Of a DNA stretch of 64,000 nucleotides, positions 53,012-62,606 are shown piece after piece. The notes under the pieces were generated by a model. That model worked only from the letters and a program-made list of their open reading frames with translations. It searched no databases and was not told where the DNA came from. Positions within the stretch are counted from its first letter, which is position 1. Each line of letters begins with the position of its first letter. Location: contig OY762926.1 in NCBI GenBank assembly GCA_963666735.1, positions 1,824,001 through 1,888,000 on the forward strand, written 5' to 3'. The stretch is from Gemmatimonadota bacterium. GTDB lineage: Bacteria > Gemmatimonadota > Gemmatimonadetes > Palauibacterales > Palauibacteraceae. The position numbers were made by a program, and so were the translations under genes.

Positions 53012-53031
53012 CAGCCGGCTCCCCGGCGGGG

Positions 53032-53157
53032 TCAGGTCCACGGCCCCCCCGCGAGCCAAGTGTGCGCATACGACGGTTGGCCGGTGGGGCTGCGCGTGGG
53101 GGCCGAGCAGGCGGCGCTCGGGGGGAGGACGCCGGCGAGCGGGGTGGAGGGCTTCAT
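53032..53157 (-). pseudogene. remnant at the position of the V4R gene
   Basis: Same promoter and ATG position as copy 1, but only a 41-codon ORF remains. Confidence 0.6.
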
Positions 53158-53265
53158 CGGAACCGAAAGCTAGACAGCGGACCGGGGCCGGACAAGCTTT
53201 GCCCCGCACCGTCACCACAAGCGGCCGGGTCGCGGCGGCGCCCCGTTACCAGTAAGGAGAGGCGA

Positions 53266-54567
53266 TTGCTCCCAACCCGAGTCATCGAGAAGAAGCGGGA
53301 CGGCGGACGGCTCAACGATGACGAGCTGCGGACGTTCCTACGGGCGTACCTCGACGGTGACGTCGCCGACTACCAGATGTCGGCCTTCCTCATGGCGTCC
53401 TTCATCCAGGGCCTCGCTGCGGGTGAGCTCTCGGTGCTCACCCGGGAGATCATCGCGTCCGGCGCGCGCCTCGAGTTCGCGGACTTGGGTGGACCGCTGG
53501 TGGACAAGCACTCGACGGGAGGCGTCGGCGACAAGGTGTCGCTCGTGCTCGCGCCACTGCTTGCCGAGGCAGGGCTGCGCGTCCCCATGATGTCGGGCCG
53601 CGGTCTGGGGCACACCGGCGGAACGTTGGACAAGCTTGAGGCCATCCCGGGGTTCCAGGTGTCTATCGGTCTCGACCGCTTCCGCGCCATCCTGGACGAC
53701 GTGGGCTGCGCGATGATCGGCCAAACGACGCAGATCGCGCCGCTCGACGGCCGGCTCTACGCCCTCCGCGACGTGACCGGAACCGTGCCCTCAACGCCGC
53801 TCATCGCCGCCTCCATCGTCTCCAAGAAGGTGGCCGAGGGGATCGGCGCGCTGGTGCTTGACGTGAAGTGCGGCCGGGGTGCCTTCATGACCGATGAGCG
53901 CCGCGCGCGTGAGCTGGCCCAGACGATGGTCGCGCTCGCGGCCGCCGAGGGCGTGCGCACCACCGCCCTGCTCACGGCCATGGATGCGCCGCTGGGCCGC
54001 GCGGTGGGCAACGCCCTCGAAGTACGTGAAGCCATCGAAACGCTGCGGGGCGGCGGACCCGCGGACCTGCGGGCGGTGACGATCGCCCTCGCCGCGGAGC
54101 TCCTCGTTTCCGCGGGGCGCGCGACCGGTGCCAAGCAAGCCACGGCGACACTTGCCCCGATCCTCGAGAGCGGCGGCGCGCTCGGGCGCTTCGCCCGCCT
54201 CATCGAGGCCCAGGGGGGCGACCCGCGCGTGGCCGACGACCCCGGGCGCCTCCCTGTGGCGGCGGGCCGCACACCGTTTCGATCGCCCGGCGCGGGCTGG
54301 CTCGATGTTCACGCGCTCGAAGTCGGGTTCGCGTCGGTCGAGCTGGGGGCGGGCCGCCGCCGCGTCGATGACGCGGTGGATCCGACGGTCGGCTTCGAGT
54401 TTCACCGCGTCCAGGGCGACCGCGTGTCTGAAGGCGAAACCCTCGTCACGGTCCACGCGGCCAATGAGGCGGATGCCCGCCGGGCGCTCGACCGCCTCGT
54501 CGGGGCGGTCAGGCTTTACCCCGAACCTCCGCCTCCGCCGCGTTGGATCCTCGGTCGGATGGCGTGA
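53266..54567 (+). CDS. deoA: thymidine phosphorylase (copy 2)
   Basis: TTG start after AAGGAGAGG; same length as copy 1 (1302 nt). Confidence 0.92.
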   Translation: MLPTRVIEKKRDGGRLNDDELRTFLRAYLDGDVADYQMSAFLMASFIQGLAAGELSVLTREIIASGARLEFADLGGPLVDKHSTGGVGDKVSLVLAPLLAEAGLRVPMMSGRGLGHTGGTLDKLEAIPGFQVSIGLDRFRAILDDVGCAMIGQTTQIAPLDGRLYALRDVTGTVPSTPLIAASIVSKKVAEGIGALVLDVKCGRGAFMTDERRARELAQTMVALAAAEGVRTTALLTAMDAPLGRAVGNALEVREAIETLRGGGPADLRAVTIALAAELLVSAGRATGAKQATATLAPILESGGALGRFARLIEAQGGDPRVADDPGRLPVAAGRTPFRSPGAGWLDVHALEVGFASVELGAGRRRVDDAVDPTVGFEFHRVQGDRVSEGETLVTVHAANEADARRALDRLVGAVRLYPEPPPPPRWILGRMA

Positions 54568-54683
54568 CACTAACCCGCACGCCTCGGCAATTCGTTTCGC
54601 GGCGGCCGACGGGGCTCCGGACGGCAGCTGAGGCGCGTCCGTGCTGGCCCGCGCTGCTGCGTATAGTGCGTGTGGCGTTGTAC

Positions 54684-56925
54684 TTAGCGCGGGGCTAGGT
54701 GGCGGCGGAGGGGGGCGCGGGCGCTCCACGGGCCGTGCGCATCGCACATTTCGGTCGGCTCGGTGCCCTCGAGGTAGATCTCGACGTAGCTGAGTTCGAC
54801 CGGGCACCATCGCGTCGAGAGCAGGCCCGTGGTCTCGTCCACGGTCCGCTCGATCAGGCCCTGCGGCCGTTCCCACGGATCGGGGTGCGGATGCCTCTCA
54901 TAATAATGAGCCAGCACGGCCGCGCCGACGGGTGCCGCCGTTCCGCCGCCCGTCGCCCCCCGGTAGATCCGGCGGGGCCGGTCAAACCCAACCCAGGTCG
55001 TGGTGACAAGATCAGGCGTGAGTCCCACGAACCACGTTCGTGGCGTCGTTGGTCGTGCCCGTCTTGCCCGCCACCGGCACCGTGAACGGGATCGCATACC
55101 GGGAGCGCACCGCCAGCGTGCCCGTGCCCTGGTCCACGGCGTCCCGGAGCATGGACTGGGCGATCCACGCGATGTCCGGCTCAAGCACGCGCTCCCGCTG
55201 CACCGGGCTCTCCCACAGCACCCGGCCCTCCTTGCTTTCGACGAGCAGGATGGACCGGGGAGAGACGCGGACGCCGACGTTGGCGAAGGTCGTGTAGGCG
55301 GTCGCGACCTCGATCGGCCGCAGGTCCACGGAACCGATCGCGGCGGAGGGAACCCTGGGCACGCGCGAGGCGACGCCCATGCGCTCGGCCATCTGCGCGA
55401 ACGACTCCTCGCCGACGCGCTGCCCCAGCTTGACCGCGACGACGTTGATCGAACGGGCCAGCGCCCGGCGCAGCGTCAGGGGCCCCTTGAAGTCCTCCTC
55501 GAAGTTGGCGGGGGCATAGGGGTCGCCCCCGACGTTCTCGAGGCAGTAGGGCTGGTCGTAGATGATCTCGGACGCGGGAATCCCGGACGCGATCGCGGTC
55601 GCGTACACAAACGGCTTGAACACCGATCCCGGCTGGCGGAGGGCCTGCGTCGCGCGGTTGAATTCCGAGTCGCCGAAATCCCGCCCGCCCACGAGGGCGC
55701 GCACATCGCCCGTTGCCGCGTCGAGGGCGATGAACATCCCTTGGAGGTACGGCATCTCCGCGCCTCCGCGGCTGACTTGGTACAGGCTGTCCGGCGGCCA
55801 TGCCCGCACCTCCTCGAAGGTGACGCCGGAAAAGGCCGGGTGCCGGTCCACCCACTCCAGCTGGGCGAGCAGGGCCGAGTCGGCCACCGCCTGCAGATCC
55901 GGGTCGAGCGTCGTGTAGACCCGGAATCCCTTCTCATAAATGTCCGTCCCGTAGCGGTCGTAGAGACGCTGCCGCACCCACTCCACGAAATAGGGCGCCT
56001 CCCGCTCGATGCGCGCTCCCCGCGCCAGCTCCAGCGGATACGCCTTGGCGGCCTCGGCGTCCTCCACGCTAACCAGGCCCTGCGCCGCCATCAGCTCGAG
56101 GACCAGATTGCGGCGGCCGATGGCCCGCTCCGGCCGGCGGAGCGGATTGTACCCGGCGGGATTCCGCGGGATCGCCGCCAGCAACGCCGCCTCCGGCAGG
56201 TTCAGCTGGGCGGCGGTCTTTGCGAAGTACCGCTCCGCCGCCGCCTGAACGCCGAACACACCGTCGAAGTTGATCTGGTTGAGATAGGCCTCGAGGATCT
56301 CCTGCTTGCTGTACGCGCGCTCGAGGTCGATGGCGACGCGCATCTCCCGCAGCTTGCGGCGGACCGTAATGTCCCGGCGGTCCACGGACCCCTCGAACAT
56401 GTTCCCCGCGAGCTGCTGCGTGATCGAGCTTCCGCCCTGCGCGCCATATCCTTTAATTAGGAAGTCCGCGAACGCGCGCGCGGTCCGCCACGGATCGACG
56501 CCCGCGTGCGCCCAGAAGCGCTTGTCCTCGATCGCGATGAACGCGTTGTACACGTGCCGCGGGAGCTCGTTCATCCGGATCGGCGTGCGGCGCTCGACGG
56601 CAAGCTCCGCGAGGAGGGACCCGTCCGCCGCGTAGAGCTTCGTCGCCTCCTTCGGCTCGAAGGCGTAGATCTGGGCGATGGATGGGCACTGGTCGCACAC
56701 ATGCGTCCAACCCCGCCACGTGACGCCGGCCCCGAACGTGGCCCCCACCAGAATCGCGAGCGCCGCCGCCTTCCTCAACCAAGCCACGGCGCCACCTCGC
56801 CGGCGAGTCCGCAGGCCCCGCGCCGGGCTTGGGCGAGTTCTTCCGCGTCGTCCGCGTCCGCGCCTCCGTCCGCGCGACCGCCTGGCGGCGCGTCTCCGCC
56901 GGTTTGGCCGCGCGCGGCGGCTCAT
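54684..56925 (-). pseudogene. PBP1A copy 2, frameshifted after the KTG motif
   Basis: 2-nt loss at ~55036 moves the WFVG... C-terminus into another frame. Confidence 0.85.
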
Positions 56926-57132
56926 GGCGCCGTACCTGGGAATCGCCCCGGTTTGCCCGGGGGGCGCGGTGTGCGCGCCACGGTGTGCAAGCCCCTCACG
57001 CGTCCCTCCAACCTCGTCCCCTCGCTCCCCTCGTCCCCGAACCGCTCGCGTCCGGCCGCCGAGAGACCGATTCTATCGCGACGCGGCTTCCGGCGGGAGC
57101 CATCACCTCGATACTACCGACCCTTGGCGCGG

Positions 57133-58344
57133 ATGTTTCTCCCCGTAAACGAACAACTCAAGCGAATTCGAGAGGGGGCCGAGCGCATCGTGCCGGAAGG
57201 CGATCTCGCCGCCAAGCTCGAGCGCGCCACGCGCGCGCGTAGGCTCCTCATCGTCAAGCAGGGTTTCGATCCAACCCGGCCGGACCTCCACATCGGGCAC
57301 GGCGTGTCGATCCATAAGCTGCGGACGTTCCAAGAGCTCGGGCACCGCGTGGTCTTCGTGATGGGCGACTTCACGGCCCGGGTCGGCGACCCGAGCGGGA
57401 GGGACGATACGCGGCCCATGCTGTCGGAGGAGGAGATCGAGGCGAACCTGGCCACGTACGAGGACCAGCTCTTCCGCATCCTCGATCCGGACACCACGGA
57501 AATCCGGAGGAACAGCGAGTGGCTGGCGGGCTTGAGGCTCGCCGATATCCTCCGCCTCACGTCGCAATACACGGTGGCGCGCATGCTCGAGCGCGACGAC
57601 TTCGCCGCCCGGCACCGCGAGGGGCGCCCCATCAGCCTCGTCGAGTTCCTCTATCCGATGATGCAGGGCTACGATTCCGTCGCGCTTCGCGCCGATGTCG
57701 AGCTCGGGGGCACGGACCAGCTCTTCAACCTGCTCTTGGGCAGGACGCTGCAGGAGCGGGCCGGGCAGGAGCCCCAGGTGTGTCTGATCATGCCGCTCCT
57801 CCGCGGGACGGACGGCCACCGAAAGATGTCGAAGAGCTACGGCAACTACATCGGGATTTCGACGCCGCCAAACGAGGCGTTCGGGCGCGTGATGTCGATT
57901 CCGGACGCGCTTCTCGACGAGTGGCTGGTGCTCGCCTCCGGCACCCATGGCAAGGAGATCGCGGCGCGCCGGGAGCAGGCCCGGACCGACCCTTTGGGCA
58001 CCAAGCGGTGGCTCGCCCGCAACATCGTGGCGCGGTACCACGGGACGTCCGCCGCCGCGACGGCGCGCGAGGCCTTCGACCGCCTCCACCGGCGCCGCGA
58101 AGTGCCCGAGGACATCCCCGCCGTCACTCTTGGCCTTGCGGAGCGCCAGACGGCTTGGATCGCGCACGTCCTCCGCGACACCGGCCTCGCCGCGTCCTCG
58201 TCGGAGGCGGGCCGGTTGATCCGCCAAGGGGCCGTGAGGATCGACGGCGACGTGGTCAGGGACCGCAACCTACAGCTCCCTGTGGGTGAGTACTTGGTCC
58301 AGCGGGGCAAGCGCCGCTTCACAGGCGTGTCGATCCAGCCCTGA
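57133..58344 (+). CDS. tyrS: tyrosine--tRNA ligase (copy 2, intact, 403 aa)
   Basis: HIGH and KMSKS; same length as copy 1. Confidence 0.95.
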   Translation: MFLPVNEQLKRIREGAERIVPEGDLAAKLERATRARRLLIVKQGFDPTRPDLHIGHGVSIHKLRTFQELGHRVVFVMGDFTARVGDPSGRDDTRPMLSEEEIEANLATYEDQLFRILDPDTTEIRRNSEWLAGLRLADILRLTSQYTVARMLERDDFAARHREGRPISLVEFLYPMMQGYDSVALRADVELGGTDQLFNLLLGRTLQERAGQEPQVCLIMPLLRGTDGHRKMSKSYGNYIGISTPPNEAFGRVMSIPDALLDEWLVLASGTHGKEIAARREQARTDPLGTKRWLARNIVARYHGTSAAATAREAFDRLHRRREVPEDIPAVTLGLAERQTAWIAHVLRDTGLAASSSEAGRLIRQGAVRIDGDVVRDRNLQLPVGEYLVQRGKRRFTGVSIQP

Positions 58345-58502
58345 CACGGCCGGCGGGGAGTCTCGCGCTGCCGATGGCGAGGGTTGGGGGGTGTCGACGA
58401 CCCGCCGCTCTCCGGCCATGAGGTCTCCAAGCCCCAAACCCTGATTGGAAGGAGATCTCTTGATCTGCGAGATGTGGGGCCTTAGGCTCCGAGTTCCGGG
58501 AG

Positions 58503-58542
58503 CTTACAGATTCAGACTCAACCTTACAGATTCAGACTCAAC
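58503..58542 (+). repeat. perfect 20-bp tandem duplication CTTACAGATTCAGACTCAAC x2
   Basis: Read directly; immediately precedes the GGAGG RBS. Confidence 0.95.
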
Positions 58543-58553
58543 GTGGAGGCCTC

Positions 58554-59051
58554 ATGAGACGACTCGTACCGATACTGCTCGGACTGCTCGTTGCCAGCTC
58601 GTGCGTAGACGTTGGCACTGCGGGGCCCGGCTCAGCATCGGCTGTTTCCGGGGGTTTCGAACTGGGCGTCTTGGCGGACTGTGATCCCTCCGATGAGCAT
58701 CCCTGCCCGCCACCCCCGCCTCCACCCCCGCCACCCCCGCCGCAGCCACCCTGTCTGGAGTGTCCCGAGCCACCACCCCCACCGCCACCTCCGCCCCCAC
58801 CCCGGCCCGACCCGCCTTGCGGTCTCGATTGCCCGCCACCACTGCCAGTACCACCAAATCCGCCGCCGCCACCACCCCCGCCACCGCCGCCAGTGAATGC
58901 TTGTTTCTTTATGGCAGAGTACTGTTCGCTGTGCGAAGAAAATCCTATGCACCCATTGTATTGCGAGCAGTGTGAGCTTTACACAAAGCAGTGTGATGAC
59001 ATGGGTGACATGGGTGACACGCGGCGTCCGGACGGGCTCCGTGTGTGTTAA
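58554..59051 (+). CDS. polyproline/cysteine-rich putative lipoprotein
   Basis: GGAGG RBS; signal peptide ending VASSC; three poly-Pro tracts separated by Cys pairs; Cys-rich tail. Confidence 0.7.
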   Translation: MRRLVPILLGLLVASSCVDVGTAGPGSASAVSGGFELGVLADCDPSDEHPCPPPPPPPPPPPPQPPCLECPEPPPPPPPPPPPRPDPPCGLDCPPPLPVPPNPPPPPPPPPPPVNACFFMAEYCSLCEENPMHPLYCEQCELYTKQCDDMGDMGDTRRPDGLRVC

Positions 59052-59168
59052 GAGTATAGTCGAAAGCGTCGGGGCTCTCGTGCGAAGACGCAAGACGGTG
59101 ATTGCTCCCCGGACACGGACGCAAAGATACCAGCGTTGAGCAGCACCCAACATCGAATCGAGAATGGA

Positions 59169-59900
59169 GTGGAGATCGTGAAGGGCGCGGCGGCGGCGTC
59201 GCTGTACGGTTCGCGCGCGCAGAACGGCGTCATCGAGATCACGACGAAGCGCGGCACGAGCCTGCAGACGAACTCGCTCAACATCCTCGTTCGGGGGGAG
59301 TACGGGACCAGCCAGCTCGTCGGTGACGTTGGACTCACCCGTTCGCACCCGTACCTCATGAACGCCCAGGGCACGCTCTTCATCGATTCGGATGGCAACG
59401 AGGTCCAGTTCACGGACCTCAGCCGTCCCGGGTTCGGCGCGCCGGTGCTCGCCAACCAGATCAATCCCGGTGAACCCGGCGACTCGTTCACGTCGTTCGC
59501 CAACCAGGCGTTCCCGCACGAACTCTTCGACCACATGGACACGTTCTTCGATCCAGGCGAGACGATGGACGTCTACTCGGCCGTGACGGGCCGCTTCGGC
59601 GAGTCGAGCTTCCGCGTGAGCGTGGACCAGTTCATGGAGGGCGGCGTTGTGCGCTGCGCGCCCTGCATCGACAACCTCAGCACGCTCAACGCCGATCGCG
59701 TCGCGCAAGGCCTGACGCCCTTCGACGTCGGCCTCCCGGATGACGACGGCTACGAGCGCCAGAACGTCCGCCTGAACGTGGACACGCGCTTCGGCGACCT
59801 GGACATCGCCGCGAGCGGCTTCTACTCGCGCGCCGACCAGGACGACAAGGCGCTCGAGAACGGCGCCTTCAGCCAGTTGACGTTCGCTTCGCCTGCGGTC
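59169..59900 (+). pseudogene. internal fragment of a fourth SusC, closest to pair 2
   Basis: VEIVKGAAAASLYGSRAQ...FSQLTFASPAV; lacks the N-terminus and most of the barrel. Confidence 0.9.
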
Positions 59901-60469
59901 CATCCTGCTCGTCGAAAGCAAGGAGGGCCGGGTGCTGTGGGAGAGCCCGGTGCAGCGGGAGCGCGTGCTTGAGCCGGACATCGCGTGGATCGCCCAGTCC
60001 ATGCTCCGGGACGCCGTGGACCAGGGCACGGGCACGCTGGCGGTGCGCTCCCGGTATGCGATCCCGTTCACGGTGCCGGTGGCGGGCAAGACGGGCACGA
60101 CCAACGACGCCACGAACGTGGTTCGTGGGACTCACGCCTGATCTTGTCACCACGACCTGGGTTGGGTTTGACCGGCCCCGCCGGATCTACCGGGGGGCGA
60201 CGGGCGGCGGAACGGCGGCACCCGTCGGCGCGGCCGTGCTGGCTCATTATTATGAGAGGCATCCGCACCCCGATCCGTGGGAACGGCCGCAGGGCCTGAT
60301 CGAGCGGACCGTGGACGAGACCACGGGCCTGCTCTCGACGCGATGGTGCCCGGTCGAACTCAGCTACGTCGAGATCTACCTCGAGGGCACCGAGCCGACC
60401 GAAATGTGCGATGCGCACGGCCCGTGGAGCGCCCGCGCCCCCCTCCGCCGCCACCTAGCCCCGCGCTAA
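59896..60469 (+). pseudogene. PBP1A 3' fragment (copy 3) with the same frameshift as copy 2
   Basis: Mirror of 54684-55257. Confidence 0.88.
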
Positions 60470-60585
60470 GTACAACGCCACACGCACTATACGCAGCAGC
60501 GCGGGCCAGCACGGACGCGCCTCAGCTGCCGTCCGGAGCCCCGTCGGCCGCCGCGAAACGAATTGCCGAGGCGTGCGGGTTAGTG

Positions 60586-61887
60586 TCACGCCATCCGACC
60601 GAGGATCCAACGCGGCGGAGGCGGAGGTTCGGGGTAAAGCCTGACCGCCCCGACGAGGCGGTCGAGCGCCCGGCGGGCATCCGCCTCATTGGCCGCGTGG
60701 ACCGTGACGAGGGTTTCGCCTTCAGACACGCGGTCGCCCTGGACGCGGTGAAACTCGAAGCCGACCGTCGGATCCACCGCGTCATCGACGCGGCGGCGGC
60801 CCGCCCCCAGCTCGACCGACGCGAACCCGACTTCGAGCGCGTGAACATCGAGCCAGCCCGCGCCGGGCGATCGAAACGGTGTGCGGCCCGCCGCCACAGG
60901 GAGGCGCCCGGGGTCGTCGGCCACGCGCGGGTCGCCCCCCTGGGCCTCGATGAGGCGGGCGAAGCGCCCGAGCGCGCCGCCGCTCTCGAGGATCGGGGCA
61001 AGTGTCGCCGTGGCTTGCTTGGCACCGGTCGCGCGCCCCGCGGAAACGAGGAGCTCCGCGGCGAGGGCGATCGTCACCGCCCGCAGGTCCGCGGGTCCGC
61101 CGCCCCGCAGCGTTTCGATGGCTTCACGTACTTCGAGGGCGTTGCCCACCGCGCGGCCCAGCGGCGCATCCATGGCCGTGAGCAGGGCGGTGGTGCGCAC
61201 GCCCTCGGCGGCCGCGAGCGCGACCATCGTCTGGGCCAGCTCACGCGCGCGGCGCTCATCGGTCATGAAGGCACCCCGGCCGCACTTCACGTCAAGCACC
61301 AGCGCGCCGATCCCCTCGGCCACCTTCTTGGAGACGATGGAGGCGGCGATGAGCGGCGTTGAGGGCACGGTTCCGGTCACGTCGCGGAGGGCGTAGAGCC
61401 GGCCGTCGAGCGGCGCGATCTGCGTCGTTTGGCCGATCATCGCGCAGCCCACGTCGTCCAGGATGGCGCGGAAGCGGTCGAGACCGATAGACACCTGGAA
61501 CCCCGGGATGGCCTCAAGCTTGTCCAACGTTCCGCCGGTGTGCCCCAGACCGCGGCCCGACATCATGGGGACGCGCAGCCCTGCCTCGGCAAGCAGTGGC
61601 GCGAGCACGAGCGACACCTTGTCGCCGACGCCTCCCGTCGAGTGCTTGTCCACCAGCGGTCCACCCAAGTCCGCGAACTCGAGGCGCGCGCCGGACGCGA
61701 TGATCTCCCGGGTGAGCACCGAGAGCTCACCCGCAGCGAGGCCCTGGATGAAGGACGCCATGAGGAAGGCCGACATCTGGTAGTCGGCGACGTCACCGTC
61801 GAGGTACGCCCGTAGGAACGTCCGCAGCTCGTCATCGTTGAGCCGTCCGCCGTCCCGCTTCTTCTCGATGACTCGGGTTGGGAGCAA
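60586..61887 (-). CDS. deoA: thymidine phosphorylase (copy 3)
   Basis: Identical translation to copy 2. Confidence 0.9.
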   Translation of the reverse strand: MLPTRVIEKKRDGGRLNDDELRTFLRAYLDGDVADYQMSAFLMASFIQGLAAGELSVLTREIIASGARLEFADLGGPLVDKHSTGGVGDKVSLVLAPLLAEAGLRVPMMSGRGLGHTGGTLDKLEAIPGFQVSIGLDRFRAILDDVGCAMIGQTTQIAPLDGRLYALRDVTGTVPSTPLIAASIVSKKVAEGIGALVLDVKCGRGAFMTDERRARELAQTMVALAAAEGVRTTALLTAMDAPLGRAVGNALEVREAIETLRGGGPADLRAVTIALAAELLVSAGRATGAKQATATLAPILESGGALGRFARLIEAQGGDPRVADDPGRLPVAAGRTPFRSPGAGWLDVHALEVGFASVELGAGRRRVDDAVDPTVGFEFHRVQGDRVSEGETLVTVHAANEADARRALDRLVGAVRLYPEPPPPPRWILGRMA

Positions 61888-62141
61888 TCGCCTCTCCTTA
61901 CTGGTAACGGGGCGCCGCCGCGACCCGGCCGCTTGTGGTGACGGTGCGGGGCAAAGCTTGTCCGGCCCCGGTCCGCTGTCTAGCTTTCGGTTCCGATGAA
62001 GCCCTCCACCCCGCTCGCCGGCGTCCTCCCCCCGAGCGCCGCCTGCTCGGCCCCCACGCGCAGCCCCACCGGCCAACCGTCGTATGCGCACACTTGGCTC
62101 GCGGGGGGGCCGTGGACCTGACCCCGCCGGGGAGCCGGCTG

Positions 62142-62606
62142 ATGGCGCTTGACTACGGCCGGCGGCGCATTGGTGTCGCCGTGACGGATCCAACCCGGAC
62201 GATCGCGGCCCCGCACGGCGTGGTCGACCGTTCCCCCGCCGATCCGGTGGCCACGGTGCCTGACGCGCTGGTGGCGCTCGTGGCGGAGCTGGAGCCCGCC
62301 GTCATTCTGGTGGGGATTCCCTTCTCAATGGATGGGACGGCGGGTGCGATGGCCACCGAGGCGCGGACCTTCGCGCGAGCCGTTGAGGAGGCCACGGGTG
62401 TCCGCACCGCCGAGTGGGACGAGCGGCTCTCGACGGCGCGCGCCGAGCGAGAGCTCGCCGGCATGGCGCTGTCGCGCGCCAAACGGCGGCTGAAGGGGCG
62501 AACCGACGAGCTGGCGGCGGCTCTGATGTTGTCCGCGTATCTGCGGAGCGGCGCGACCGCCGGCCCCATGCGCCCCGCCGGCCCGATCCGTGCCCCCGGC
62601 TCATGA
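62142..62606 (+). CDS. ruvX: RuvX/YqgF (copy 3)
   Basis: Identical translation to copy 2. Confidence 0.9.
   Translation: MALDYGRRRIGVAVTDPTRTIAAPHGVVDRSPADPVATVPDALVALVAELEPAVILVGIPFSMDGTAGAMATEARTFARAVEEATGVRTAEWDERLSTARAERELAGMALSRAKRRLKGRTDELAAALMLSAYLRSGATAGPMRPAGPIRAPGS

Noticed and set aside
55030..55040. Programmed frameshift in PBP1A copy 2
   Set aside because: No slippery heptamer; a 2-nt loss in an AC dinucleotide explains it, and copy 1 is continuous.
56506..57132. N-terminal extension of TyrS copy 2 (612-aa ORF)
   Set aside because: It overlaps PBP1A on the other strand; alignment with copy 1 puts the start at 57133.
58503..58542. 20-bp repeat as a mini-CRISPR
   Set aside because: Only two units, no spacer, no cas genes.
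50900..59910. Mobile element or site-specific invertase as the cause of the rearrangement
   Set aside because: No transposase, integrase or recombinase ORF, and no terminal repeats at the junctions in this window.
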